In this document: one piece after another, positions 1 through 11,655 of the stretch | Position numbering within the stretch: position 1 is the first letter of the stretch | How the letters are laid out: the number at the start of each line of letters is the position of its first letter | Program-made: the position numbers and the translations under genes | DNA from: Spirogloea muscicola | Taxonomy: Eukaryota | Direction of reading: 5' to 3' | DNA: 47,398 nucleotides | Assembly (NCBI GenBank): GCA_009602725.1 | Contig: WELB01000029.1 | Coordinates: forward strand, 470,055-517,452 | The notes under the pieces: model-generated | The model's database searches: none | What the model was told of the DNA's origin: nothing | What the model saw: the letters and a program-made list of their open reading frames with translations, nothing else

Positions 1-89
1 GGGGGGGGGGGTTTCGTGTCCAGCTGTTGAGAATGCTTGTGACATTGGTCTTTCTTGACGTCTTGCCTTGCTGATCTGTGTGGTGGCAG

Positions 90-210
90 TGTCTCCTCGT
101 TGATGACAACGACAGAAGCAATTATTGTGGAAGCACCCAAGGACGAGAAGGACAATGGCGGCATGGGCGGCATGGGGGGCATGGGCGGCATGGGCGGCAT
201 GGACTATTAA
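90..210 (+). CDS. HSP60: Last exon of mitochondrial chaperonin-60 (5' exons outside the window)
   Basis: After acceptor ...ggcag(89) it translates [39 protein letters not shown], the typical GroEL/HSP60 GGM tail ending MDY as in plant mitochondrial HSP60. Confidence 0.93.
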
Positions 211-1814
211 CCCGGCCTGGAGGGGTGAGCTGTGAGACAGCAGATGCAGAATGAGGCGAGAGCGGCATGGAGCAAGACACAGGTGCCGCTTGTGCAGCCC
301 GGGGCGATTGATGTGCAGAATATACTCAGGTCGTCAAGAGGTCGTCAAAGTTACTGTGGCCTTAGTGTAGGCAGGCACCTCTGCCCTCTGAGGAAGTCAG
401 AGTTGCCTGGTGAGGCGGCGTTGTCAGCTACTTGGATGATGCTGTGATGAAGCACTTCAGCTCATTTTAGTAGCTGCTTTCTTGGGGGTTAGGTTGCCCA
501 CTCTGCAGACGAGGGAGGAGAATTGACACAGACACAGCTAGCTGGGTTTGTAGTCATGTTGGGGTTTGCTCGGCGGCATGCCCAGGTCGAGCATTGACAG
601 GTTTTTGGAGGCGCTATAGACAAGAGGGCCACTCCAGTGCGGCACGAGGTTAGGACTTGCAAACCGACGGTGTATTGTTTACCAGTCTCAGTGGAAGATG
701 ATCAGCATCAGAAATCTTTTACTCGACAAAAGATACGTAATAAGATTCAGCAGATCAGTCATTTTTGGAGTTGAGAAATTGCTTGTTCACCTCGTGAGCA
801 TTGTATAGGATGGGATTGAAATGCATTTATTCCCCCTACTGTTTATTGCTCAGCTGAATCGCGTACATGCCAAGCGTTCTGAAGCTTGGCTGGTACTGGC
901 TGTATGTCAAGATTATGGGTCTTCCACAAGTCCATCTGTGTGCATTCTGCTACACCGTTGTAGCCACCAGGGCACCAGCCCGTTCAGGTGAACCCATCCT
1001 TCAGGACCTTAAATTCAGATGGCTAAGTGCGAGCTTTGTAATTCAAGGATGTGCCAGGTTCTCATACTTCAACAGCATTGAGCTACCTGCTACAACAAGA
1101 ACAAGCCGCCTGCCGGGCGCATGGTACGGAGTGGGCCGCCTGCCAGACGCTTGTAGACCGAGTTTGCATCCTTCGCGCTGACTGGAAAAGCAAGCTTTGC
1201 TTGCCCCGTTTTAGCGTGAAGACACCCAGCAGACATGCTGCCACGACTGGATTAACATGATGCTGATGAGGCTTGCATCCTCTGCGGTTGTGTGGCTGGC
1301 CTCGCATCCTCGCAAGGTGGGCCTGCATGGCCTTGTGGCCAGCATATTCTTAAGTGGTATGGCAGCCCGGCCGAGGAGATGTTGAAGACTAGTTGCAGAT
1401 GTAATATCCACGTCAAGAGCGTTACGCAATTGTCCTCTGGTGGGCTCAGATTCGCAGACCCACTGGCTTGTGCAGTCAACAACGTCGCCTTGCTTAGCCC
1501 TGGCGCTCGTGACATCCTGTCAGAGTTTACAGTCTGCTTGAGATTCCGCCATGGAAAGCTGTCGTGCGTACCTGGTTCATTGGTGCGCTCCATGTGCTGC
1601 CAATGAACTTGGGAAAACAGCTCATAAGCACACTGGCTGTCGCCCGTGCAGTCCGTTGTGAGCACAAGGAACTTGTCAAGGTTTGCGTGACGCGCGTTCA
1701 GCAGCTTGGAATTCTCTCCCTCACTCGGGTAGCACTTAAAATGCGGGGCTGGCGTGTAATGCTATGCACTCAAGAAGCACATTGATTTGACCACCGAGGA
1801 CAGTCGGCCTCTCA

Positions 1815-3530
1815 AAATGAAGAAAGGGCTCGCCCATTGAGGATAGGGGCTGGAAACGAAGAAAGTGCTCGCCCATAGAGAAGAGGGACTGGCAAAGCCA
1901 GCCCAAACATGAATGGACAATGTCCAAAGCCAAAGAAATAGGAGCCGGAAAAAGGACTACACTACAAAACACTGCAGAACACAGAGACGATGCAGAGGGA
2001 AGCTCAGTACCCACGAGTGAGCAATATCAGTGGAAAAGCCAGCCCAAAGGAGGAGGAAGAAAGTACGAGAAGGGGGCCAGGGGAAGCGCTAAGAAAAACA
2101 AGCACATGAGCATCAACAAACAAATGAGTGCCCTTGGCCATCTCTTTGCAGCGGTGCCTTGCCTTCGCGTTCCACTTGCGCGCAGGCCGCGCTTTGGCGG
2201 CGGCTTCCGGCTTCCGGCTTCCGTCAGGGCGACGTCTTTCCGCCTGCTAGCTATTCAGGATAGGGGCTGGAAAAGCCAGCCCAAAAAAGAATGAACAAAG
2301 TATGAGAATGGGGCCAGGGAAGCGCTAAGCAAAACAAGCACAACAAGAAACAAAACAGCTACGTATTACTCAGTAACCCTGCTAAGCAGCCTCAGGCCAG
2401 AAGAAGCTAGGCTCCTGGAAGTGGGTCCTCTGGCCCTGGCCTTTGCCATAGCCTCTTCAGGCCCCGTAGTCGCTGCTTAGCTTGTAGTCTGGCCCCTTCG
2501 AACCTTGTCAATTTATTTCGGGCTGGCTTCTCACAGCCCTTGCCCCCGTTGGGAGAGCCACTTCTTCTGGCCAGAGCCAGAGGCAGCAGCGAGGGCTCTG
2601 CCGGAACGCCAGGTGCAGCGCGCGGGCCATAGACCTCTGCAGCGAGACGGCCAAGCGCATCCGGTACACCTGCGCTAGCGACCCAGCTGCAGGAAAGTCC
2701 CCCGGCTCCCCATGGAAGCGGCATTCAGACTTGCATCTACTGACTAGAGGTTACTGAGAGTCCGCTTGCTGCCGTCTCAGTCCTTAGCACTGCGGCTCCT
2801 TCAGACCTTGTCCATTCCTTTGGGCTGGCCTCTCCCAGCCACCAGTTAATCTGGCCGCGCTTGCTTTCGCCTTGGGCGATCTTGAGCGGCTCAGAAACTA
2901 CTCCAGTATAACCATCCAAGACTCTGGAGCGTATTGTCAAGCTGCAAGTTAGTTGCGCTTTCATCTTTCCTTCCATAGGGTTCTGCCATAGCCTCTTCAG
3001 CCGCCGGTTCGCTCGCACAAGTCTTCCGCATGCGCCTGGCCGTATCGCTTCAACGCTCCCTTGCCCACGCCGTCCACACGCGAGCAGGCCGTGCTATGGC
3101 CGCCGCCTCTGGGTCTCCGCGGAGTGCCTCTTTCCCTGCAGCGAGCTACTCAGACCTGATGTTGCTCACTCTTGGGTACTGAGCTTCCCTCTGCATCGTC
3201 TCTGTGTTCTGCAGTGTTTTGAAGTGTAGTCCTTTTTCCGGCTCCTCTTTTCTTTGGCTTTGGACATTGTCCATTCTTTTTTTGGGCTGGCTTTGCCAGC
3301 CCCTCTTCTCTATGGGCGCGCACTTCTCTTCAGGCCCCGACGTTGCTGCTTAGCTCGTACTTTGGCCCCTTCGAACCTTGTCAATTCTTCTCGGGCTGGC
3401 TTCTCACAGCCCTTGCCCCCATTGGGAGAGCCACTTCTTCCACGGGGCGGGGGCTGTGTATGGCTAGCCCAGGACGACTGAACAAGGTCCAAAGAATAAG
3501 AATAATCCATAAGGGCCGAAAGGCGCCAAA
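1815..3530. mobile_element. Cluster 1 of nested 5'-truncated RLE-type non-LTR retrotransposon 3' ends (families A, B, C, E)
   Basis: Fragments on both strands encode SLQR..LHxRAGRALAAASG..ASYSDLxLL(T/S)RGY* followed by 3' UTRs with the GGCTGG..CAGCC hairpin. TSDs: tggaaa (1851-1856/2031-2036), attcag (2253-2258/2723-2728), tctggcc (2429-2435/2566-2572), ctcttcag (2993-3000/3326-3333). Confidence 0.88.
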
Positions 3531-6525
3531 CTTGCATCGGAACGCACTGGCCAGCTCCAGCTCCGGCTGCTGCAGCTCCCCCGCTCCACGCCCTGCCGCC
3601 GCGCCGCCGCCGCCGCCGCCGCCAGCGACACCGCCCCGAGCTGCGGCGGCGGCAGCGGGCGGCGGCGGCGGCGGCGGCGGCGCCGAGGCCGCCGACTATG
3701 CCGCCTACGACGCCGCAGCCGGCGGCTGTGAGCCCTGCTCCAATTTCCCTCCCCGCCTCCCTCATCCGCCCTAAACCCTAAACCTTCGAACCCTAACCCT
3801 TCAACTTTAAATCTATGACCCTATGTCCTCCTCTGGGAAGCAGAGAGGGGGCTCTGCAGGCCCCAAGCTGCGTCGGCGCCCACAAGCGCCGCCACCCGCC
3901 TTCCTGCTCAGCATGTGCACCGCTAACATAGTCATATATCTTATAAATATAATACATTAGATATAATTAGTGAACACCCTCTGTATGCACTTGGCTGGCC
4001 TTCACAGCCGCTTTTTAATGTCAGCAGCAGGTTTCTGGTTTTGCAGCGGCGGAAGACGACGAGGAAGACGGCAGCGATGGCAGCGGCGGCAGCTGCGACC
4101 TCGCGGCGGGCTCGTGGGTGCACAGCGGCAGCAGCGCGCCGGCGCCACCGTACGGCGACGGCTGCCCCTTCGTGCGCTATCAGGTCCGCCGCGGAGGACC
4201 CAACACGCTAATTGGCTGCAAGTGTCGCAAAATGCTGCAACGATTGCAGCAGCCAGCTCCGGCCTCCTTCCAGCTCCGGCTCCTCGAGCTGCCATTGCCA
4301 TCTCCAGCTGAAGTAGCACTGAACTCGCAGGAGAACTGCCGGGCGAATGGGCGGCCGGACACTGAGTACCTACACTGGCGGTGGCAGGTGTGTACTCAGC
4401 CTCTCTCCGCCCTCGCCCAGCCCGTCCCGCCAACTTCATTCTCCACTCGGGGCCCCTCATTGCGCCCCTCCTTGACTGAGAGTCTGCTGCGCTGCCCAAG
4501 AAGAGACGTGGATTTGCCGAGGTGGGTTCCTCTTTCCAGGGCTCCTCCGAGTTGCAACTCAGAATGGCCGGTGGCCGCTGGCCGTTGAGCAGCCGGCGCA
4601 GTGCGACCTGGAGCCGTTTGACGGCGCGGCGTTCCTGGCGATGCTGGCGGGCCGGCGGCTGGGCATCGTCGGCGACTCAATCACCCGCAACTTCTACGAG
4701 GCGCTCATGTGCCTCCTCTGGGCGGCTGACCCCGACATCGAGGTGACCCTTTGGTTACCGTCCTCCTTCCTCCCTGCCTCACATTCTCCTTGCCTCCCTC
4801 CTGACATCCCCCCTCCCACCCCCCACCTCCAGATCTCTTTAAGTATTTCACAGCTATTGTTCTTCACTCTCCCCAATCATAGTGCTTGCCTCTCTGGTTC
4901 CCACCCTCACTCTCCTCCCTGTCATCCTGGGAGTCAGCCAGGTGCCTCTTATCGGCTTCTTAGAATATATTGGGATTATGCCGCCTTCCCTTGACACCCT
5001 GACCCCCATCCCACCTCTGACAGACGAGCGAGCCTGCGCCGTCAGTGACAGCTCATGCTTTTCCCCGCCACAATACCACTGTGGAGCTTGTCTTCTCAGT
5101 CTACCTTGTGGCCGACGAGCACCCCTCAGAGACTCACACAGGGGGCGCCTGTCGCCTGCGGCTGGACCATCCTGATGCCACTTGGGCTGCCCGCCTGCCA
5201 CTATATGATGCGCTGGTTGCCGGTTCCGGCTCCTGGTGGGCCTCTGCGCGCCCCAAGGCCTTCCACAAGGTGAGTGGCATCTGGTTGTGAGGTTCATGGT
5301 GGAAGGGGGGCTCTGTTATAGAAAGATAGCAAAACAGAGCGAGTATAGAGGAACGTATTGAGAATGATATCTTAAGCACTTCGGAGGGAGGATACACACA
5401 GTGGGAGGTTTGGGTGAAAGAGGGAGGAGAGGAGGCGAGCAGGGCATGCAGAGGAAGAAAAAGAAGAAAAAAAGGGAAGAAGAAGGCAGAAGCGCTTCTG
5501 TGCCCACCCCCCCCCCTCCACTACGATTCCTTTCCTCCTACCTTACATCCTTCTTCCCTGAGTACTTTTACGACTTCTGTCGAGCTTGTGGGAAGTGGTG
5601 GGGGCCTAGGGCTCAGGGTTTAGACTCAGCATCAGTCCCTCACATTTCCCTCTCTCCCATGTCTATTTACTCTTGTGATGTTGTGTCCCTTTCTCTGATT
5701 GCCATAATGGCTGTACTTGATCTGCAGGGGGGCCCAGACTTGGACCTCGACCCGCTGGCCGCATACACGGAGGGCCTCCAAGCATTCTCCAGCGCCCTCC
5801 ATGTAGCGCAGTTTGCAGGCCCAGTGGTCTTCCACTCAAACCTGCCAGAGCACTGGGTTGGGCAGGGCGGCATTGTGGGTAACGCGACCGGCCAGTGCAC
5901 GTCCACGAACCTCATCACTGACACAGCGGAGATGGAGGCACGCATGTACGTTGAGGAGGGGGGCACTACTGGCGCTGCCCGCAAGCCCAATTTCGTTCGC
6001 TACAACGAGCAGTGCAGAATGGTGTTCCAGGTCAGTGGAGGGGTGCCAGGGCCTTGGGTAGGGAGGATTGAAAAGGGGTTACGGAGCTGCAGCTTGACAT
6101 GAATGAGGTGCCAGGTGTTCCTCCTTAGGGGCAAGACCACAAATACAGGAGGCCCGATGGAGGAGGTAGGATGAGAGAGTGAGGAGAGAGGGGACCTGCC
6201 AAGCTTGGAGTGCTTACGCAGCCTGTGGCTTGGCCATTGCCGGCTTTTGCAGGGGACAAAGGTCGCCTTCATGGACCTAGCTTACATGTCAGCATTCCGC
6301 AAGGACGGTCATCCTGGCTTCTACCGTCGGCCACCACGCAAGCGGCGCAAGACGCGCGAGCTGCATGACTGCAAGCACTGGTGCGTGCCGGGCGTGCCCG
6401 ATGCCTGGGCTCAGGTCCTGCACGCCACGCTCGCTGCAGCGTGGCGACGGAGCCGGCATCGCCTTGGCAATTTGATGCCTTCCGCGCCACAACTGCCACC
6501 TGTGAGAGATCTTGATGCAGGCTGA
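3460..6525 (+). CDS. Trichome-birefringence-like (PMR5N + PC-esterase) polysaccharide O-acetyltransferase; 5' end uncertain
   Basis: GT-AG exons at about ?-3727, 4047-4183 (CDLAAGSWV..PPYGDGCPFV), 4331-4387 (NCRANGRPDTEYLHWRWQ), 4593-4742 (RRLGIVGDS), about 5024-5269, about 5728-6030 and 6253-6525 (DGHPG..DCKHWCVPGVPDAW). GDS and DxxH catalytic motifs are intact. Confidence 0.9.
3769..3805 (+). repeat. Degenerate telomere-like (CCCTAAA) repeats in the first visible TBL intron
   Basis: ccctaaaccctaaaccttcgaaccctaaccc, about 40 nt after the gtgag donor. Confidence 0.7.
3900..4030 (+). mobile_element. Family D retroelement 3' end inside the TBL intron
   Basis: ctctgtatgcacttggctggccttcacagccgctttttaatgtcagcagc closely matches 26540-26587 and 26995-27045. 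Confidence 0.75.
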
Positions 6526-7344
6526 GGATGCCAAGTTCGGGCTCTCCTCCCAGGCATGCCCAACTTCAGCAAAGCTGGAGGTGGGGCGAAGCGCAGCATG
6601 TCTTCCACTTCGCAACTGTCCCCATTTTGCATGGTTGTGGCAGTTGCTTCGGCCTCCATATGAACGACTGCTTGAGCTGTAGGTGACCTTGGCATCCCCG
6701 CCTGCTACTGCTCCCTTGCGTGAGGATTACTGAACGAACGCGCATATCGCTACCAATGAAGGATATCGCTACCAATGAAGGAGTTTGATCAAGAGCGCAA
6801 CTTGTGATTATCAACTTAGATTTGTGTGGTGGGAATTAAAGTGGCAACACTCTGTGAAAGGGATGGTGTTGTCAAGGACTTCAGTACAATCCTTTGACAA
6901 CACCCGAGGCCAAGGAGGTCGGCCAGAGTTGGGCCTATTCTCGAGGGGCCGACTAAAGCGGGGGCCTTGAGGACGTTGGCGCAGCTCGGCGCAATGCTCT
7001 ACAGGACCTTCTCCCAGGTGTAGGAGTGACTAGGAGGACGCGAAGGTGGACACTAACAAAGGGGGCAACGCTGTCAAAGGGGAGAGAAGACAGGAAAGTC
7101 TACGAAGCCTGCAGGACAAGGAGCAGGCCAGGACATCACTTTGAAGTGCTTGGAGATAGAGAGCGGAGCAGTCAGCCGGCCAACCGGTAAAGTGGCTAAG
7201 AGAGGGTCAGATGGCGCAAGATAGAGAACAGACAAACAAGGGGGTGGGGGGGTGGCTGAAGATGTGGAAGGGAGTGGCAGGCGTGTGGATGAGGTTGGGT
7301 GGTGCTGAGCAGGAGAGAAGGAGGTGGAGGGAGGAGGGGTCATC

Positions 7345-10273
7345 TTATAACGTGGAGAGCTTTGAGAAAGCGAGCCGGAGGGAGGAGCCGTTGAGAAGGG
7401 ATGCGTGGAGGCAGGCAAGTGTGTCCGTGGCCTCGGCTTCTGTGGCAAACAGCACCAGGATCTGCTTCTTCCCGTTGTTGTCCAGCATCTTGGCACCCTG
7501 CATGCGAGAGGAAGGATGGGAAATGGAAGGCACCCAGGTTTAGAAGCTATCGTGAGACAAAAGCAGAGAGGAAATAAGAGGCAACAGGGGTACGAGGGTA
7601 TGGGTAAGAAGGAATATAGAAGTTAGGAGGATAATATCCAGAAGCTGGAGGTATGTTCACCTGGATGACGCCGTGAGGAGCAAGGTGCGCTGTGAGAAAG
7701 TCAGTCGTGGCATCAGCTGGGAGGTTGGAGGCGTGCAGCATACGTGTAGGCGGGCAGCAGTGCCGGTAGTTCTTTGCGCCGCTGCGATTGAACCGGTTGA
7801 GGTTGGAGGAGGAGAAGTCTCGCGTGTCTGGCGAAGGGTTGATGTGCGGATGCTTGCTGTAATTAAGCTCCATCTTCTTCCCAAACAGCATTGCACCCTG
7901 CATTGAATTGTGGCGTGAGGCGGCAGATTTGTGTGCCAGGACTTGCAAGATCGTTTGGAGCAAAGCTCAGCCTCAATTGCTGTCTCTGGTTTGATAAATG
8001 ACATCATCATTGATCATAATCTTCCTGGGTAAGCAAACACTGCAAGGAAATATATACACCACACTCAACACGTTAAACCATAAATCCGACTAGAAAGAGG
8101 TTGTTAAGAAGCCCGACCTTCAGAAAGTTGATGGCGAGCTCCGCTTGCAATCCATCACCCATTTCAACAAGTGCGTGATCGGGCTTGTTATGCAGCATCT
8201 TTATCTTCAGCACATTGCCGTAATTGGAGAAAAGATTGAAAAGCTTGTCGGGATCCACAAGCTGCGAATGTTCAAAAGGAGGAGCATCAACTGCGTACAA
8301 ATTGCAATTGCTTGTCATGACTGATGACTTTTGGAAGGAGGCTGGCAGCAAGCACTCATCAGCCGCTTCTCGCTGTCTCCTCTGGCAGCTTCGGACCTCT
8401 TGGTTGAGGTTGGAGACGAGGATGGTGGTCTTGTCGTTGGTGCCGGTTACGCCAGGTGGTAACTGGCCACCAAATGCCACTGTGGCTGCCGCTGCTGCGT
8501 TTAGATTCGCCTGTTGCCAGTACGACCACAGCAGTCAAGGACTTGTGATGCTACAGAGGCAATTAAACTACACACCACAACCAGAGGTGCTTCTGGTGAA
8601 GCGAGCTCGTGATCCCTCTGCAGAGGTAGAATTGGAGAGATACGTGGGCTGAATAAAAGATTGTTTCCACTAAGCCCAGTCACACATTGTAATGTGAGAA
8701 AGGAGACGCAGAAACGAAGACCAAGAACAAGTATGGGCAGAATTGACGGCTTCTGGCAGCCCACCGGAAACATGTTCATCATGCCTGGGGCAGGAATCCG
8801 TGGCGCAAAACCTGCAGATAGTAGCAGTATGCCATCAGTCCAGGTCTTTCCGCGCATTAATTTGCTCGACAGGCGCCGCTTTACATGTATCGCGGCCAGT
8901 CGCTGCCTCCAGTTGCGTTGCCACCTTCTCAGACAATCAGATGGCAAGGGCGGCAGGCTCGCTCCTCGCTAGAGAAGCGAGCTTGGTTTGCCAGCAGCGG
9001 CAGGCAAAGAGATAAAAGTCTCGTCGGTGGCACGCGTCATCGATTGATGCCGGTGGCAGGAGTCTAAAGTAAAGGACTTGTCGCCTCAAAGCTATTAAAG
9101 CTTGTTGCAGTGCAAGAAGAGATCAGAGCAGGCAAGAGTTCATCAGTTGGCGACATAAGAATCTGGTGGCAGATGTATGACAGCAAGAGACATGTAACAG
9201 AAGAGAGGGCACACCAGGCCGTGGGGCGCCGGGCATAGAATACACCTGTTGCTGGGCGCCAGCACCGAAGAGCGATGTCTGCATGCAGAGTAGCAACAGG
9301 ACGCCATTTAGAAGCAGCTGTGCACCATTGCCAACCATAGCTTAGTTGGGCGCTGCTCCAAAACTGGGCTCTCTCAGATGATGCACAGCGGCGATGAGCT
9401 CCTTGAACTCACCACAATGTTGCCAGCATGCTGCGCAGCAGCGTGACGGCTGGCACTCTCTGCCGGCAGCGCCGAGTTGGTGAAGTCCCGCGTCCGCTCG
9501 TTGTTGTAATTCACCTGCAGCTCTTGCAGGCTGGAGAGAGACGGGGAAGGAGGAGGGAGGTCGTACGGAGTCAGGTCAATTCCACAGTCCAACCCTAGGG
9601 CTGTTACCTTCCCTTGCCGCATGGCTGCAGCTAGCTGCGGCGAGAGTGGCTGAGCTCACTTGGAAAATTGGATGTCAAGCGTGCAGCAGCCGTCGTAGAC
9701 ATTGCGCCCCTGAGACCGCCAATGCGTAAGCAAGCAATCGCAGTTGTCAGCAACTGCTACTGGCGGTGTGCCAACGATGTGCAGGCGGGGAGGAGGCTGT
9801 GGTGGCAAGCTACTGAAGGTAGGCACCATCCACTTGACGCGGTTAGGATTGGAAACCTTGCAAAATTTGGCTATCAAGAAAGGATGCAAAGTGGCAGTCC
9901 CCTCGCAATGGACCTCAGCTCTGCTTACCTGCAGCGTGTTGCGGGACTGCTCAGCACTGTGTTGCGACTGAAATTGCACGAGCGCCTGCAAGCCTGTTCA
10001 ATGTACCGGAGCGGAAATCAGTGGCAGCAGCATAAGCAGCGCAAAATCTGCCAACGCCTTGTGCCATCTACCCAGCAGGTACTTGCGGCACAGTGCGTGA
10101 GCAGCAGCGTGCTACAGGTGAGTGGGCGAGGGTGGCTGACCCGCGGATTTCTGGAAGGTGACAATTTTCTCAACAAAACCATGCGGTGAGAAGACCTGGT
10201 GGAGCACGTCCACTGTGATAGGGTAGAGCGGGTTGTGGACAGTGACGAGCAGAATGCGATTTGGCTGCTGGTC
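7345..10273 (-). CDS. PTB3: Polypyrimidine-tract-binding protein, plant PTB3 (4-RRM) type; RRM1 exons missing
   Basis: Exons encode DQQPNRILLVTVHNPLYPITVDVLHQVFSPHGFVEKIVTFQKSA (10141-10273), LQALVQF, GRNVYDGCCTLDIQFS, LQELQVNYNNERTRDFTN, DKLFNLFSNYGNVLKIK, KNYRHCCPPTRMLH and LHASLLNGSSLRLAFSKLSTL* (7345). Confidence 0.92.
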
Positions 10274-10589
10274 CTACAAAGCGCCGCGGGCGGCTGGCGT
10301 GAGAAGCGGTGGCGGAGGAGCGCTGACTGAGGAGGCGGAGGTTACGACTCCCAGTGAGACAGCAGAGGCAGGCTGGAGAAAGAGGAGGGGAAGGCCAACC
10401 CAGGCCGAAGCTCCCCGGGTGGGGAGAGGGGGGGGGGGGGTCCTTCTCGCCATTCATAAGTAGAACTGTCTACACCTTGCTTGCTGAGCTCGACTGTATC
10501 TTGAGATTCCCAGCAACAGCACCTGAGCCTGTCAACGAACACATGGAGCAACAGAAGCCCACTTAGCTCTTGACTGATCGGCGCTGCAG

Positions 10590-10709
10590 GTGACGATCTC
10601 GTACATCGACGAGTCAGCACCGTGGCATGAACGCCAGGTGGAGCTTGCCGACTATGGATTCGCCTGCCACTGCCCACGTTGCGAGCGCGAGGCGGTGGTC
10701 GCAGCATAA
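10590..10709 (+). CDS. ATXR2: Orphan last exon of an ATXR2/SMYD5-type SET-domain methyltransferase
   Basis: After acceptor gctgcag(10589): VTISYIDESAPWHERQVELADYGFACHCPRCEREAVVAA*. This is the SET C-terminal ISY motif plus post-SET CxCxxC, and it closely resembles the ATXR2 C-terminus as I recall it. Too short for the ORF track. Confidence 0.85.
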   Translation: MTISYIDESAPWHERQVELADYGFACHCPRCEREAVVAA

Positions 10710-10915
10710 GGAGAGCAGCCCACCGCAGTGTTGATGCTGGTCGCCCCCGCAAGGGCGGCCACGAATACAACGCCACTTCTTGGCGACTACTGTCGCTCTG
10801 AGCCTGCGATCACCAGGCAGCACTATGTCGAGCCGATCACGATTTGCTGCGATGGGGCTGCCAGCAGCAGGGCTGCTTCCGATAATGTACGTGGCATTCT
10901 GCCGGGAAGTTGGCG

Positions 10916-11655
10916 TTATCGTGGACTGCTCTCAACACGGCCCCACTCGCGCGGCGGCCAAATCTGCACATGGAGTGGGCGGATGGGGGCAGAGGGGGGG
11001 AGCTGTGAGTTCCAGTCGACTGAGAAGAGGGAGAAGTGAGATGGAATGCACACGGCATTCCCGCTCAGTAACCATGAGTCAGCACATAGAGTCGCTAACT
11101 GATGCCCAAACACCAGACGGCAATTGACAAGCAAGTGACAAGCGAGAGGAAGATGGAATGATGGAGGGCCTGAGTGGCCAACTACAGAGGCAAGTACGTT
11201 AACAGATGTACATCACCTGCTGCTTAGCTGACCCGCTCAGTAACCACGAGTCAGCACATAGAGGTCGCTACCTGATCACTGAGATGAGGAGGGTTGGGGT
11301 TTAGAGGGCGGACCTTGTAGAGGACCTTGCCGAGGACGAGGGCCTCCGGGACGGCGCCGTAGTAACGGGAGTCCGTGGAGTTGAGGGCGTTGTCGCCGAG
11401 GAGCCAGACGTGGCCGCGGGGCACGAGGACGGCACGAGCGGGCCGGTGGCGGCCGTGGCCATGGCCGTCGCGGACGAGGACGCGCTGGCCGGCGACGGCG
11501 GCGACCCGCTTGATGACCGTGAGGCGCGGGTTGACGGGCGAGCGCGCGAGCACGACGTCGCCGACGGCGGCGCCGCGCAGGCGCGGCGTCAGCTTCTCCA
11601 GCAGCACCACGTCGCCGGCGGAGTTGAGCGTCGGCAGCATGCTCGGCCCGATGCA
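10916..11655 (-). CDS. IMP1: Mitochondrial inner-membrane protease subunit (S26 peptidase); N-terminus lost at the n at 11656
   Basis: Exon 11314-11655 has CIGPSMLPT (catalytic Ser), IKRV (Lys), VPRGHVWLLGDNALNSTDSRYYG. Last exon 10916-10963 reads IWPPREWGRVESSPR*. Confidence 0.88.
10985..11276 (-). mobile_element. Two decayed retroelement C-terminal/3' UTR relics in the IMP1 intron
   Basis: The ~40-bp direct repeat (11061-11103, 11233-11276) reads SDLYVLTRGY* on the minus strand in the 11233 copy; the other copy has a 1-nt deletion and an R-to-H change. Degenerate hairpin-module sequence follows. Confidence 0.6.

Noticed and set aside
2500..2570. Hairpin module as a hammerhead, HDV or hairpin ribozyme, or a histone stem-loop
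   Set aside because: I could not fit the CUGANGA/GAAA core, the HDV pseudoknot or the 6-bp/4-nt histone loop consensus by eye. A covariance search would be needed.
2980..3440. Head-to-tail element ends produced by RT template jumping in one event
   Set aside because: Individual TSDs and rejoinable host halves show separate nested insertions.
6744..6781. 19-bp tandem duplication atatcgctaccaatgaagg x2
   Set aside because: Ordinary local slippage duplication in a 3' region.
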